Shown: positions 18,595-29,008, counted from the stretch's first letter. The stretch is 64,000 nt of DNA from Planctomycetota bacterium (GCA_965248445.1 CBDFJG010000002.1:288001-352000), one strand, 5' to 3'. The notes: generated by a model from the letters alone, not told the origin. Program-made: numbers and translations.

Positions 18595-18879
18595 GAGCCT
18601 GTCCGAGTAACGCCGCGAGCCACGATCGACAGAGGCCGGATGCCCGCAAGGAGGGCCAAGGATTAAGATCCATCGATCTGCTGACGCGGTCCGGCGCCGC
18701 GGGGGCCGGCCTCTGCCGACCCCTCGCGAGGCTCGCTACCAACACTCGGGGCGCTGCGACGGTGGCGGTCTGCGGCGTTGGACCTCCTCGACAACCCGCC
18801 GGGGGTGCCCTCATCGGTCCGCCTTGCGTCCACGCCACCGGCGCAGCGTCGTGGCCGCGCGGGTTACTCGGACAGGCCC
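18595..18879. mobile_element. Non-autonomous MITE, 285 bp, IS5-like ends
   Basis: IR GAGCCTGTCCGAGTAAC / GTTACTCGGACAGGCCC (16/17); TAG on both sides (18592-94, 18880-82); no credible ORF. Confidence 0.8.
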
Positions 18880-19643
18880 TAGCGCACGTCGCGCTGCCCA
18901 CGCGGTTCGTCGTCGCGGCGGCCCTCACCGGCGCCGGACCAGCGGCGGATCAGGCGCCGGGTGATCACGTTGTAAGGCCTCTTGAGCAGCGCCCGGTTCA
19001 AGCGACGCAAGAGGCCCTGGCCGTCCGCGAGTGCCGTGCGGTCGTCGTCGTTCAGTTGATCCGGCCGGCGGCGTTTGACGTGGCGCGCCAGGTGATACCG
19101 GTCCGCCCGCTGGAGCATGGGGACCAATCCGCCGAGCCACGTGCCCTCCGCGACGCTGATCTGGAAGTCCACCAGCCACGGCCGGTCGTCGGCGTCGCCC
19201 TCCCCCGCTTCGACGAGGACATTCTCTTCCTTCGCCATGTCGGCATACGCGACACCGCGCGCATGGACGGCGGCGAGCACGACGCGCAGTTCGGGAAACA
19301 GACGGTCCGGGACCTCGTCGGTCTGCCGCAGATCGCAACCGGGGATCCACGCGCGCAGGAATGCGTCGTCGGCCGGACGGCCGAGGAGCGCGGGGATCCC
19401 GGGCACGCCGGTCAGCCGCTCGAGGTGATCCGCCTCGCGCGCGGCGAGCATGCGCGCCGCGCGCCCAACGCGCACACCGGGGGGCAGCACGACGACGCTG
19501 CGCTTCCAGATCGCGGGTGTCCCGTCGGCGAGCCGCACGCGCGCGGTGACGGCGTAGCGGTCGGCCTTGAACACGTGTTCGACGAGCGCGTCCGGCACTC
19601 CCGGAGGCGCCGTGCCGACCGCCGGAACGTCGGGCGCGCTCAT
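18879..19643 (-). CDS. Protein-kinase-like (RIO/Kdo-kinase-like) phosphotransferase
   Basis: AREADHLERL, VHARGVAYADMAKEENVLV, WLVDFQ. Confidence 0.75.
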   Translation of the reverse strand: MSAPDVPAVGTAPPGVPDALVEHVFKADRYAVTARVRLADGTPAIWKRSVVVLPPGVRVGRAARMLAAREADHLERLTGVPGIPALLGRPADDAFLRAWIPGCDLRQTDEVPDRLFPELRVVLAAVHARGVAYADMAKEENVLVEAGEGDADDRPWLVDFQISVAEGTWLGGLVPMLQRADRYHLARHVKRRRPDQLNDDDRTALADGQGLLRRLNRALLKRPYNVITRRLIRRWSGAGEGRRDDEPRGQRDVR

Positions 19644-20932
19644 CCGCCCCCCAACGCTCCGGGGAGGAGTGCGCGCACGATGAACACGGTCGCGATCAGG
19701 ATGCCGATCTCGGTCACGTATCCCACGAGCGCGAGGATCGCACGCGCGGCGCCGAGACGCGCAGGCGGAACGCCGCCGTCGATGTCGTCACGCGCACGTC
19801 CGATCAGAGCGTGGTTCACCTCACGAAGCGCAGCACGCAGGCGGCCGCGATTCAGCCCCTCGTCCTCGATCCACAGCTGACTCGCGGCCCGGCGCAGCAG
19901 TGCGGTCGTCGAGAGCACCGAGACCGCGAGGAAGACGAGCAACACGGCGATGCCGATGCCGCTCGCGAAGGGGATGAGGAGCGCCGAGAGAACCGCCGGT
20001 GTGTACGCGACCTTGCTACGCCAGGCGCGGGGCAGCTCGAGGGCGACGGCGTTCCACACGCGGCCGCCGTCCATGGGCATCACCGGCAGCAGATTCAGGA
20101 GGTTGACGCCAAGCGCCCACAACAGGGCTTCCTGGCCCACGTCTTGGTCCAACCAACCCTCGCGCAGCAGGAAGACGATCGCGGCCGTGACCGGGAGCGC
20201 CGTGAGCGGTCCTGCGAGGGCGACGCCGACCTCGTGCCAGCGCGACGGGAAGCTGTGCTCGGGAACCGTACCCGCGCCGACCAACGGTATGAAGATCACG
20301 CCGCGGACCGGGATGTCCCCGAGGCGCATGGCGACTGCGTGCCCGTACTCATGCACGTAGAGCACGATCAACGCTGCCGCGGCCCCGCCCATCGACAAGT
20401 TGAAGACGAACACCAGCGCCGCGAACGAGAGGACGACCAGCACCGGCGGCGCCCAGCGCGGGAGCTTGCGCGGATGAGGATCCACCGGCCGCGCCGGCAG
20501 GTCGGGCGCGCCCCGCCGAAAACAGCCGTCGCCCTCTTCGCCCAACCCGGAACGCGTGATGATCGTCGCGGCGAGCATGCGCATGCGTTCGACCCGCACG
20601 AGCGGTCCGTGTTCCTCGCCGAGCGAGTCGGGTGCGTGCACGACGACGGGTGCGTCGCGCGGCGTGAGGTCGATCGAACGGTCGTCGTCGAACGAGAGGC
20701 GGACGACCGCGATGGAGCCGGGTCCCGCGTCGACGAGACCGACGCGCAGAGTGGAAAGCGAGGCCCACGGATGCCGCTCCCGGCCATCCGGGGCCTCGAC
20801 AAGAAGCTCTTCTCCTGTTGGGAGGAACCTGACAGGACGGTTGTCAGGCAGCGCGCCCTCGAAGACGGGCGCGTCATTCCGATCACCTGGACTGGCGATG
20901 TCGCCGCCGCGCGATCGGGTGGTCTCCTCCAC
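19640..20932 (-). CDS. Site-2 protease (M50) family membrane metalloprotease with N-terminal extension
   Basis: HEYGH, ALAGP, NLLNLLPVMPMDGGR. Confidence 0.88.
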   Translation of the reverse strand: MEETTRSRGGDIASPGDRNDAPVFEGALPDNRPVRFLPTGEELLVEAPDGRERHPWASLSTLRVGLVDAGPGSIAVVRLSFDDDRSIDLTPRDAPVVVHAPDSLGEEHGPLVRVERMRMLAATIITRSGLGEEGDGCFRRGAPDLPARPVDPHPRKLPRWAPPVLVVLSFAALVFVFNLSMGGAAAALIVLYVHEYGHAVAMRLGDIPVRGVIFIPLVGAGTVPEHSFPSRWHEVGVALAGPLTALPVTAAIVFLLREGWLDQDVGQEALLWALGVNLLNLLPVMPMDGGRVWNAVALELPRAWRSKVAYTPAVLSALLIPFASGIGIAVLLVFLAVSVLSTTALLRRAASQLWIEDEGLNRGRLRAALREVNHALIGRARDDIDGGVPPARLGAARAILALVGYVTEIGILIATVFIVRALLPGALGGG

Positions 20933-20953
20933 GGTCGCTACGACGCGGTGCGG

Positions 20954-21352
20954 CTAGTGGTGGCCGCAGCCGCGCCAGTGGTTCCCGTGGTGTCCACCGT
21001 GTCCACCATGGTGTCCACCGTGCCCGCGATACGGACCCGCGTGGCGATACACGACGCGCCGGGGCGCCGCATAGCGGTGCGCCACCGTCGGACGGGAGTA
21101 CCCGTGCGCGTATTGGTGGTGGTCTCCGATCAGACCGCCGACGAGTCCGCCGACCAGTGCGCCGCCGATGGCGCCGGCAGCGGCGTGCCCGTTGTTCGCC
21201 CCGATGGCCCAGCCTGCACCTGCACCGATCACGGCGCCGACGGCAGCACCCTTCTTGGCGCCCGCACTGAGTGAATGGCAGCCACCCAACAGGGAAGCCG
21301 CCGCTGTGATGGCGAGGAGCGACCTCGCCGTATGTCGCGACAATAGTCTCAT
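20954..21352 (-). CDS. Glycine-zipper lipoprotein with His/Gly-rich tail
   Basis: Lipobox LLGGC, GAAVGAVIGAGAG...GAIGGALVGGLVGGLIG, tail GHGGHHGGHGGHH. Confidence 0.75.
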   Translation of the reverse strand: MRLLSRHTARSLLAITAAASLLGGCHSLSAGAKKGAAVGAVIGAGAGWAIGANNGHAAAGAIGGALVGGLVGGLIGDHHQYAHGYSRPTVAHRYAAPRRVVYRHAGPYRGHGGHHGGHGGHHGNHWRGCGHH

Positions 21353-21664
21353 ACGTTCCTCCATCCCGGCACACGCACCGTCCCACCAGGGACGCCGGCA
21401 GAGTTCCCCCGCCAAGGGACCATCCGCGAGACCCGCGTCGTCCGGAGTAAGGGAGCGGCCGGACGGTGCGGTCGGAGCCGCGGACGGCGTACTCGGCTGT
21501 GCCGTCAGGAGAATGTTACACACTCGCTTCCCGATTGGCAGGTGCGAGGTCACTCTCCGGCGCGGATACGGTCCGGCGGGTGTGACCTGGGTCGGGAAGG
21601 GCCGATTCCGGTCGTCTGCGCTGAAGTGACCCCTCTCCCCGCGTCGATGTCTCTAGCGGAAGAC

Positions 21665-22612
21665 ATGTCCGACGTGATCCGGGTCAGCGACCTCACGAAG
21701 ACGTTCCGGCCGCAGGCCCTGCGCCGGCCCGTCGAGGCACTGCGAGGCGTGAGCTTCGCGGTTGCGCCCGGCGAGTGCTTCGGCTACCTCGGCCCGAACG
21801 GAGCGGGAAAGACGACGACCATGAAGGTTCTCACGGGCCTCATGACGCCGACGTCGGGAAGCGTCGAACTGCTGGGGGCTCCGCCGGCGGAAGCGGCCGC
21901 GCGGCAGGCGCTCGGCTACCTGCCCGAGAACCCGTACTTCTACGAGCACCTGACGCCGATCGAGGCGCTCACGTTCTACGGGCGCCTGTCCGGGCTGACG
22001 CGGGCAGAGGCCCGGCGCCGTTCGACGACGCTGCTCGACCGTGTGCAACTCGGTGACGCCGCGGCGCGACGGATCCGCGGCTTCAGCAAGGGCATGCGCC
22101 AGCGCTTCGGCCTCGCGACCGCGCTGATCCACGAGCCCCGCCTGCTCATGCTCGACGAGCCGCTCTCCGGACTCGACCCAGCCGGGCGGCGGCAGGTGAA
22201 GGAGATCGTGCTCGCCGAACGGGCGAAGGGCAGCACGGTCTTCCTGTGCTCGCACGTGTTGGCCGACGTGCAGGAGTTGTGCGACCGCGTCGTGATTCTC
22301 GATCAGGGGCGCGTGCAACGCGAGGGCACGATCCACGATCTCCTGGAGAGTGCCCCGCACTCGTTCGAGCTGTGCGCGGCGAAGGTGCCGGACGACCTGC
22401 GCGAGAAGATCCGCGCGCGGTCCACACTGTTCCGTGAGTCCGGCGGCACGATCACGGCGCAAATTGCCGGTGACGAGGCCGGTCCGGAGTTCGCCGCGGC
22501 CGTCCACGCAGCAGGCGGGCGGGTCCTGTCGCTCATCCCCGAACGCGAGTCGCTCGAGAGCTGGTTCGTCCGGGTCGTGCAGCGCGGTGCCGGCGAGGAT
22601 GGTGACGTGTGA
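21665..22612 (+). CDS. ABC transporter ATP-binding protein (PilH-like)
   Basis: GPNGAGKTT, FSKGMRQR, LMLDEP, H-loop. Confidence 0.92.
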   Translation: MSDVIRVSDLTKTFRPQALRRPVEALRGVSFAVAPGECFGYLGPNGAGKTTTMKVLTGLMTPTSGSVELLGAPPAEAAARQALGYLPENPYFYEHLTPIEALTFYGRLSGLTRAEARRRSTTLLDRVQLGDAAARRIRGFSKGMRQRFGLATALIHEPRLLMLDEPLSGLDPAGRRQVKEIVLAERAKGSTVFLCSHVLADVQELCDRVVILDQGRVQREGTIHDLLESAPHSFELCAAKVPDDLREKIRARSTLFRESGGTITAQIAGDEAGPEFAAAVHAAGGRVLSLIPERESLESWFVRVVQRGAGEDGDV

Positions 22613-23376
22613 CGGACCGCGTCCGCGCCATCGCGTCCGCCACGTTCCGCGAAGCGGTGCGCGACCGCCTGCTGCTGCTCGTGGTCGTGTTCGCGGTCGG
22701 GCTGATCTTGTTCTCCGCGGTGCTCGGGTGGCTGTCCGTCGAGGACCAGTCAAAGATGGTGCTCGACTTCTCGCTGTCGGGTCTGTCGCTGCTCGCGCTG
22801 TTCCTTGCGATGCTCGTCGGAGCGGGCAGCTTGGCGCGCGAGGTCGAACGCCGCACGGTCTACACGGTGCTCACGCGGACGGCGACACGGACGGAGTTCA
22901 TCCTCGGCAAGTTCGTCGGTCTCGTCGGCGTGTTCTGGCTGTGCATCGCCGGCTGCGCCGTCATCCTCGCGGCGTGGGCGGCGCTCATGGGCGCCAGCAT
23001 CGGAGCCTCGTTCGTCGCCGCGATCGCCGGACTGTTGCTCGAGACGCTCCTGCTCACGGCCGTCGCGCTGTTCCTGGGTGCGCTCGCCGCGCCGACCATC
23101 GCATCGGTCGGCACGTTCGCGTTCTACCTGATCGGCCACGGCACCGAGGCGATGCGTGAACTGACCGAGATGGGCAGGAGCGCGGAGTTCGCGGGCGTCT
23201 ACGCGGCGCTGTACCGCTTCCTGCCCAATCTCGAGAACGTGAACTTCATCAACGCGACCACATCAGGGCGCCCGGTCGACTGGGACTCGCTCGCGATGGG
23301 CGCCGGTTATGTGGCGCTCTGGACGGGGGCGTTCCTGACCGGCGCGGTCACGCTCTTCCGCAGGCGGCAGTTCTGA
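22609..23376 (+). CDS. ABC-2 type permease (PilI-like)
   Basis: TFREAVRDR, EVERRTVYTVL, FILGKF, six TM segments, FRRRQF end. Confidence 0.88.
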   Translation: MTDRVRAIASATFREAVRDRLLLLVVVFAVGLILFSAVLGWLSVEDQSKMVLDFSLSGLSLLALFLAMLVGAGSLAREVERRTVYTVLTRTATRTEFILGKFVGLVGVFWLCIAGCAVILAAWAALMGASIGASFVAAIAGLLLETLLLTAVALFLGALAAPTIASVGTFAFYLIGHGTEAMRELTEMGRSAEFAGVYAALYRFLPNLENVNFINATTSGRPVDWDSLAMGAGYVALWTGAFLTGAVTLFRRRQF

Positions 23377-24446
23377 TGCTCGATCCGCGGCTGCTCATCG
23401 TGGGCGGAGCGATCGTCGGCGCTGCCCTGATGCAGCCGGCGCTCGGCGAGACGAACGCCGATCGTCTGCGTGACGGGCTCCACTACACGCCGGACCCGGA
23501 GCTTGCGGGGTTGCTGTCGTTCGGCCACCGCTCGACCTTCGCGGACACGCTATGGCTCCGGTCACTGCCCGACATCTCGCGCGAGTTCAACGACGCCGAG
23601 GAGAAGGAGCGCTGGCTCGCCGGCGTGCTCGACACCGTCACCGAACTGGAACCGACGTTCTCGACGGTCTACGACTACGGCGCCAACTACCTGGCGCTGC
23701 TGGACCGCCGCATCCGGCCGCAGGCGCCCCACGCCGCCCGCGCGGTGCAGCCGATCACGATCGTCCAGAAGGGCATCTCGAGCTTCGAACGGCTCGAGTC
23801 GGAGGACCAGCAGGCGTACGCCGGTCTGTCCACCCTGCTCCGCACGCTGGCACTGATCCACCACCTGGACCGGAAGGACGAGGAGCGCGCACTCGCGTAC
23901 CTGGACCGATGCGTCGAGCGACCGGACTGCGATCTGCTGACGCGCGGCATGTGGTCGACGATGAAGAGTGAACGGGGCGGGCAGTTCGTGGCGCTGGTGC
24001 ACTGGGCCGAACTCGCTGAGCACGCGAACCCCGACATCGCGTTCCACGGACGGCTCCAGTACGCGCGCACCCGTCAAATGATGGCGCGGCGCGCGTGGAC
24101 CGCGTTCGAGTCAAGCGCGGGTCGCCCACCGGCGACGATCGCAGAGTTGCGTGCGGCGGGACACCTGGACGACGACGTGGCGACGCTCGTGTTCGAGGAC
24201 ATGGAGATCCGGGACGGCTCGTTGTTCCTGGCCTCGCTCGCCGACCTGGAGCGCGACGCGTGGCGACGCACAGCCGACGAGGCGATGCACCACTACCGCC
24301 GCGACAAGGGCGCGTGGCCGACGCTCGACTGGGTACTCGACCCCGAGAACGTGTTCCTCATCGGGCGCGGCCACCCGTTCGCGCCGCCGGCGGGAACGGT
24401 GTGGGAGATCATTGGCGGCAGGCTGGTCGCGACGCCGAACGAGTAG
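23376..24446 (+). CDS. Membrane-anchored helical-repeat protein (myxobacterial PilG-like)
   Basis: ADTLWLR...LDTVTELEPTF..VY..GA motif; operonic with the ABC pair. Confidence 0.55.
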   Translation: MLDPRLLIVGGAIVGAALMQPALGETNADRLRDGLHYTPDPELAGLLSFGHRSTFADTLWLRSLPDISREFNDAEEKERWLAGVLDTVTELEPTFSTVYDYGANYLALLDRRIRPQAPHAARAVQPITIVQKGISSFERLESEDQQAYAGLSTLLRTLALIHHLDRKDEERALAYLDRCVERPDCDLLTRGMWSTMKSERGGQFVALVHWAELAEHANPDIAFHGRLQYARTRQMMARRAWTAFESSAGRPPATIAELRAAGHLDDDVATLVFEDMEIRDGSLFLASLADLERDAWRRTADEAMHHYRRDKGAWPTLDWVLDPENVFLIGRGHPFAPPAGTVWEIIGGRLVATPNE

Positions 24447-24527
24447 GCGCGGGGGTTGCCGAGACCCGGGGGACGGCCTGCAGCACGGAGCCGGGCGGAC
24501 GGACTCGAAGAAGCCTCGCCGGACTCT

Positions 24528-24562
24528 CAGCCTACAGCCTACAGCCTTCAGTCTCCAGCCTC
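24528..24562. repeat. Heptamer tandem repeat (CAGCCTA-like) x5
   Basis: cagccta cagccta cagcctt cagtctc cagcctc, intergenic. Confidence 0.8.
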
Positions 24563-24663
24563 TTCGCGCTGCGCGTCGAGTGACGCGCGACGCGCCACGA
24601 ACCTCGACCTCGCGCAAGCGTGCCCGTGTAGCGTTCGTGAGCCGGCGAACGTCGGCAGAACCG

Positions 24664-25377
24664 ATGCGAGGGATGGACCGCGTGACCCAGGGAAGCACAC
24701 CGCCGGGACTCGTCGTCATCGACGACCTCCTCGACGAGGAGGCGTGGACCGAGGTCTGGAGCCTGTTCCAGGTCGTCGATCTCGCGCCCGTCACGCGCAC
24801 CGCCGGCGCGTGGAAGACCGACGACGGTGCGCCCCTCGGCGGCGACGCGATCGTCACTCCGCCGCGGGACGCCGAGCTCTCGGCACCGGGTGAACGTCCG
24901 GACCGCTTCCCGAGCGGGACGGCGCTGGACCACGTCGTCGGCGCCGTGCTCGGGCTCGTGGAGTCGCTCGCGCCCGTGGTCGGCACCGAATGGGCCCACG
25001 TGACGGCTCGTCCGTACGTGTATCCCGCCGGGAGCGCACTGTCGTGGCATGGTGACGACACCGCGCACTACACGGGCGCGTTCATCTACTACGCTCATCC
25101 GCGCTGGAACGCACACTGGGGCGGCGAGCTGCTGCTGGCGGACGTCGATCCCCACGACGACCTGCCGATCATGGCCCACCGTTTCGACGACGAGGAGTAC
25201 TCCGAGGCGCTCCTCGCGCACGGCGCCGGCCGCTTCGTGATGCCGAAGCCGAACCGACTCGTCGTGCTCGGCAACGCGCCGCACATGGTCGCGCCGGTGC
25301 GCGCCGCTGCGGGGTCGAACGTCCGCGCGTCCGTCAGCGGGTTCTTCCTCCGCGAGCCGATCGCGAACGACGGGTGA
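24664..25377 (+). CDS. 2OG-Fe(II) oxygenase (prolyl-hydroxylase-like)
   Basis: WHGD, WNAHWGGEL, PKPNRLV, H.V..V, RASVSGF. Confidence 0.85.
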   Translation: MRGMDRVTQGSTPPGLVVIDDLLDEEAWTEVWSLFQVVDLAPVTRTAGAWKTDDGAPLGGDAIVTPPRDAELSAPGERPDRFPSGTALDHVVGAVLGLVESLAPVVGTEWAHVTARPYVYPAGSALSWHGDDTAHYTGAFIYYAHPRWNAHWGGELLLADVDPHDDLPIMAHRFDDEEYSEALLAHGAGRFVMPKPNRLVVLGNAPHMVAPVRAAAGSNVRASVSGFFLREPIANDG

Positions 25378-25501
25378 GCGTTGGAACGCGAGACACCCGC
25401 AACTAGACCAAGTGATGCAAGGCCGCAGGGAGCGTGTCGTCCGACGGCACGGAACCCGCACCCGCCTCGCGGTTCGATGCCGGGACGGTACGCTAGTGAG
25501 C

Positions 25502-27032
25502 ATGTCGAGCTTGTGGAAGGGCGTGCTGCTAGGCCTCGTTGTGGGAGCCGTTGGCGGATTCGCCGTCGGGGTCGTCACGACGGAGTCGCCTTCCGTTCCA
25601 CCGAGCGCGTGGCAGGGGCCGCAAGGAGCGGATGAGGGGCGTGGCGTCGCGATTGCCTCCGGCGCACCGGCGGTGGGACGCGGAGAGGCGAGGCTCGATG
25701 AGTCCGCGGATCGGGCGTCCGCCGAGGACTCCGAGTCGTCCGTACAGGCGGAGACCAACTCGCGCCGCGCCCCGGCCCCGGGCTCGCGGTCGTCACCTGC
25801 GGCGCATCGCTCGTCTCGACCGCGCGAGCGGCATGTGCACGCTCCAGCCCGTCACCCCATGGTCGCACGGATCTCGGCCGCGGCGCCATCGGTGGACGAG
25901 GTCGTGGCTCACATGTGTGCAGCCTTCCGCGAGCGGACGGGAGCGACTCTGCACGAGCCGCTCGCTCGCGAACTGGCCACGCAGGCGTCGTGCCGGTCTC
26001 CACCGCGGAGCCGAGCAGCAGAGGGTCAACTTCGAGCGTTGGATCGACAGCGACCTGAGCCGACTCGCGTCGCACCAACAGCGCGTAACGGTGATCGGCG
26101 CGTTCGGCGAGACCGTCGAGATCGTCCTCCAAGCGCGCGGCAGTCTCAGCGTCACCGCAGCAACCAGGCTCGAACCGGAGGCACGGAGCAGCGACAGCGC
26201 TGCGGAGTTCGAGATCGTCGCTCCGGAACGCGGTGATCGCGACTCGCGTCGGTTCGTCCGCGGCGGCGGCGCGATCCCGCTCGACCGCGCGCTCGTCGTT
26301 GAACGTGTGGAGACGTACGCGGAGTTCCAGTCCAACTACAGCGAAGTCGAGTTCGAGGTCGGTGGGCGGAGTCTCTTCGAGCTCGAGGATCAAGTGCGTC
26401 CGCGGCGAGAGGCGTTCGAGGGCGTCGTGGTGCTGCTACCCGCCGAGAAGGACGGGATCGAACTCGAGGTGCGGCGAGGGGCGGCAGCCGAGGTTCGCGT
26501 CTTCGGTCGCCTGGTCCCGCGTGCAGAAGCAGCGGAGATCGAACAGGTCCCCTTCACGTGGGTGGAGCGTGGGAGCGAGCCCCGATTCGAAGGCGGGACG
26601 ATCAGGATGCAGATCCTCGCGGACCACGGCGGCGGGAATCCCCGCACGCTCCGGCTCGACGGCTCCGCGAATAACCGTTTCGATGAGATCCGCGAGAACG
26701 AGATCTGGGACCGCGGCGTGGACGTGGAGAAGAACCGCAAGTCCCTCGGCTGGATGTCGGTGGCACCGCGCCTCGGTCCTGATACGAAGATCCGCCTCCT
26801 GCGGATCGACTACCGCGCGCGGCTGGCTCCCGGCGGCAGCTCACACAGCGACCTCACCGTGCGTCACGACGGGAAGGAGTTGATCCGGGTGACCGCGGAC
26901 AAAGACAAGGAGCCGTCTGGGGCCTGGACCGGCGATCTCGTGATCGGCAAGGACGACCTGCGCGAGTTCGAGTTCACCATGCACTACAAGGCCATGGGGG
27001 AGATCACGCTCCACACGTCGATCGTGGAGTGA
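25502..27032 (+). pseudogene. Membrane-anchored hypothetical protein with a single frameshift near 25988
   Basis: MSSLWKGVLLGLVV...LARELATQA in one frame continues as AGLHRGAEQQRVNFERW... in the +1 frame; real mutation or sequencing indel. Confidence 0.6.
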
Positions 27033-27038
27033 GCTGCC

Positions 27039-28409
27039 GTGCGGCGCGTACTCACGATCGCTGGACTCCTAGCGCTTGCGGCCCTACTTCTAGTGGTGGT
27101 GCTGTCGCGCGGTGCGGACGACAGCGAGGCTCGCCGGCCGGCGAGCACGACAACGCCGACGATCACTGAGCAGGCCGACGACGAGTCCCCGTCGGCCGAA
27201 CGCACGCGGCGCCGCGTTGTACAGACCGAGCCGACCCCGCCGCCGGCGTCCGAGCCCGCGTCGGACCCGGACGGCGCAACTGGCCCCGAGCAACAGGTCG
27301 TCGTGCACGTGGTGGACGAGCGGGGCGAGCCGATCTGCGGGGCGTTGGTCGCACGCGCGAGACCGGCCACGTTCCAGACGACGCTGGTGGGCGGACCGCC
27401 GATCATCGACTTCCCGCGCACCTCGGATGCTGCGGGCGATACGCACTTCCGGCCGTCGGAAGACGACGGTTTTTACGGCACGCACGGCGCCCTGACGGGA
27501 TGGGCACAGCAGGAGTCCGACGGTGAAACGCGCAAGAACACGGTCCGCCTCGTGATGCGACCGGGCGTGTACGTGCGAGGCCGGGTCGAGCGGCCCGACG
27601 GTCGACCCGCACCCGACGCCTCCGTGCGGCTCGCGATCAGCGCTGACGCAGCGCGCGTGTTCCGGGGCGTCGCCGTGCCCACCGGGCGCGGCACGACGAC
27701 CGACGCCGAGGGACGGTTCGAGGTCGGTCCGTTCCCACCGCCTCCGTGGCCTGAACCGATGGAGATCCGCGCCCAGCTCGGCGCCGACCACTGCACCGAG
27801 AACGTGTACGACGAACGGATGCTCGTTCTCCGGCTCATCGAGACGCAGTTCGTGCGCGGCAGCGTGCTCTACGAAGATGTCGTCCCGGCGTGGGCGTCGT
27901 TCTGCGTCGCGGTCCTGCGGCCAGAGGGCCAGGACGCGATCGTGGCGAAGGCCCGCGTCGGCGCTGATGGTTCGTTCACGCTCCCCTTCCAGTTGGGTGC
28001 GATCGGCGAGCCCGTCCGGTTCGACGTCGAACTCGTGCCGCCCTGGGTCAGCGTGCACGCGCATGAGCCGCTCCTCACCGGGTGGGCACGCGGCGTCACG
28101 GACGCAGCCGAGGTGACCCTACAGGTCACGCGGGCTCCCGTCGCGCGCGTGCTCATGCGGACCGCCCCGGAGGTCGACGCCACCCGCGCCTACGGCGGCA
28201 CGATGACCCTCACCTCGCTCGACGGGGCCACGACCGTGTCTCAACGCACGACACTCCGAGGAGGCGGCGGCATCCTCTACATCGCGCGTCCTGCCGGACG
28301 CGGCCGCCTGGCGATCGCGTTCGGCGCAGCCGGCACGTGGACGGGCGACATCGACGTGCCCTCCGACGGCGTCGTCGATCGCGAGGTCGTCCTCGTCCCG
28401 CCGCGTTGA
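27039..28409 (+). CDS. Secreted protein with carboxypeptidase-regulatory-like beta-sandwich repeats
   Basis: N-terminal TM, VVDERGEPI.GA.V, VRGRVERPDGRP...A.V, TTDAEGRFEV. Confidence 0.75.
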   Translation: MRRVLTIAGLLALAALLLVVVLSRGADDSEARRPASTTTPTITEQADDESPSAERTRRRVVQTEPTPPPASEPASDPDGATGPEQQVVVHVVDERGEPICGALVARARPATFQTTLVGGPPIIDFPRTSDAAGDTHFRPSEDDGFYGTHGALTGWAQQESDGETRKNTVRLVMRPGVYVRGRVERPDGRPAPDASVRLAISADAARVFRGVAVPTGRGTTTDAEGRFEVGPFPPPPWPEPMEIRAQLGADHCTENVYDERMLVLRLIETQFVRGSVLYEDVVPAWASFCVAVLRPEGQDAIVAKARVGADGSFTLPFQLGAIGEPVRFDVELVPPWVSVHAHEPLLTGWARGVTDAAEVTLQVTRAPVARVLMRTAPEVDATRAYGGTMTLTSLDGATTVSQRTTLRGGGGILYIARPAGRGRLAIAFGAAGTWTGDIDVPSDGVVDREVVLVPPR

Positions 28410-28432
28410 CCCAGTACAGAGCACCTAGCACG

Positions 28433-28990
28433 TTAGGTGCTCTGCGGGATCTCCTGGCCGTCCTTGATGAGCGTCGAGTACGACGTCGCGATCATGTCGC
28501 GCTCGTCGAGACCGAAGTCGTGGGCCAGTCGCGCGAGATCCAGCAGCGCCGCCCACTCGTCGTAGTCGTCCTCGAGCACGCCCTCGAACTCGATGAAGTC
28601 GCCGAGCCCCTCCACGCGATCCACGTGGATGCGCACGTGGCCCTCGAAGATGAACACCCGGCGCCACTTGCGGACGACCACCTTCACGCCGTAGGTCTTC
28701 GCCAGGAGCTTCCGCTTCGACTCGGGGTTCTCCACCGGCTGGAGCCGGAACTGTGACTTGCGCGCGCCCGGCTCGTCCGGCCGTGAGTAGCCAATCAGGC
28801 AGTGCTGCCCGTCGGAGGACTCGCGGAGCTTGATCCTGTAGCGCCCGAGCGAGAAGTACGTGTCCTCCTGCTCGATCTCGCCGCGGTCCTCCGCCCCGAG
28901 CGAAAGGGCCGTGGCCAGAGCCGCATCGTGATCGTCGATGCGAGCTTTCTGCTCGATGTTGGCACGGAGGGGCTCGCGGGACAGCAGCAT
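28433..28990 (-). CDS. CYTH-domain protein (class IV adenylate cyclase-like)
   Basis: NIEQKAR, QEDTYF, KLRE, VRK.R, RIHVDRVEGLGDFIEFE. Confidence 0.9.
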   Translation of the reverse strand: MLLSREPLRANIEQKARIDDHDAALATALSLGAEDRGEIEQEDTYFSLGRYRIKLRESSDGQHCLIGYSRPDEPGARKSQFRLQPVENPESKRKLLAKTYGVKVVVRKWRRVFIFEGHVRIHVDRVEGLGDFIEFEGVLEDDYDEWAALLDLARLAHDFGLDERDMIATSYSTLIKDGQEIPQST

Positions 28991-29008
28991 GGCGCCGAAG
29001 TATATGGC

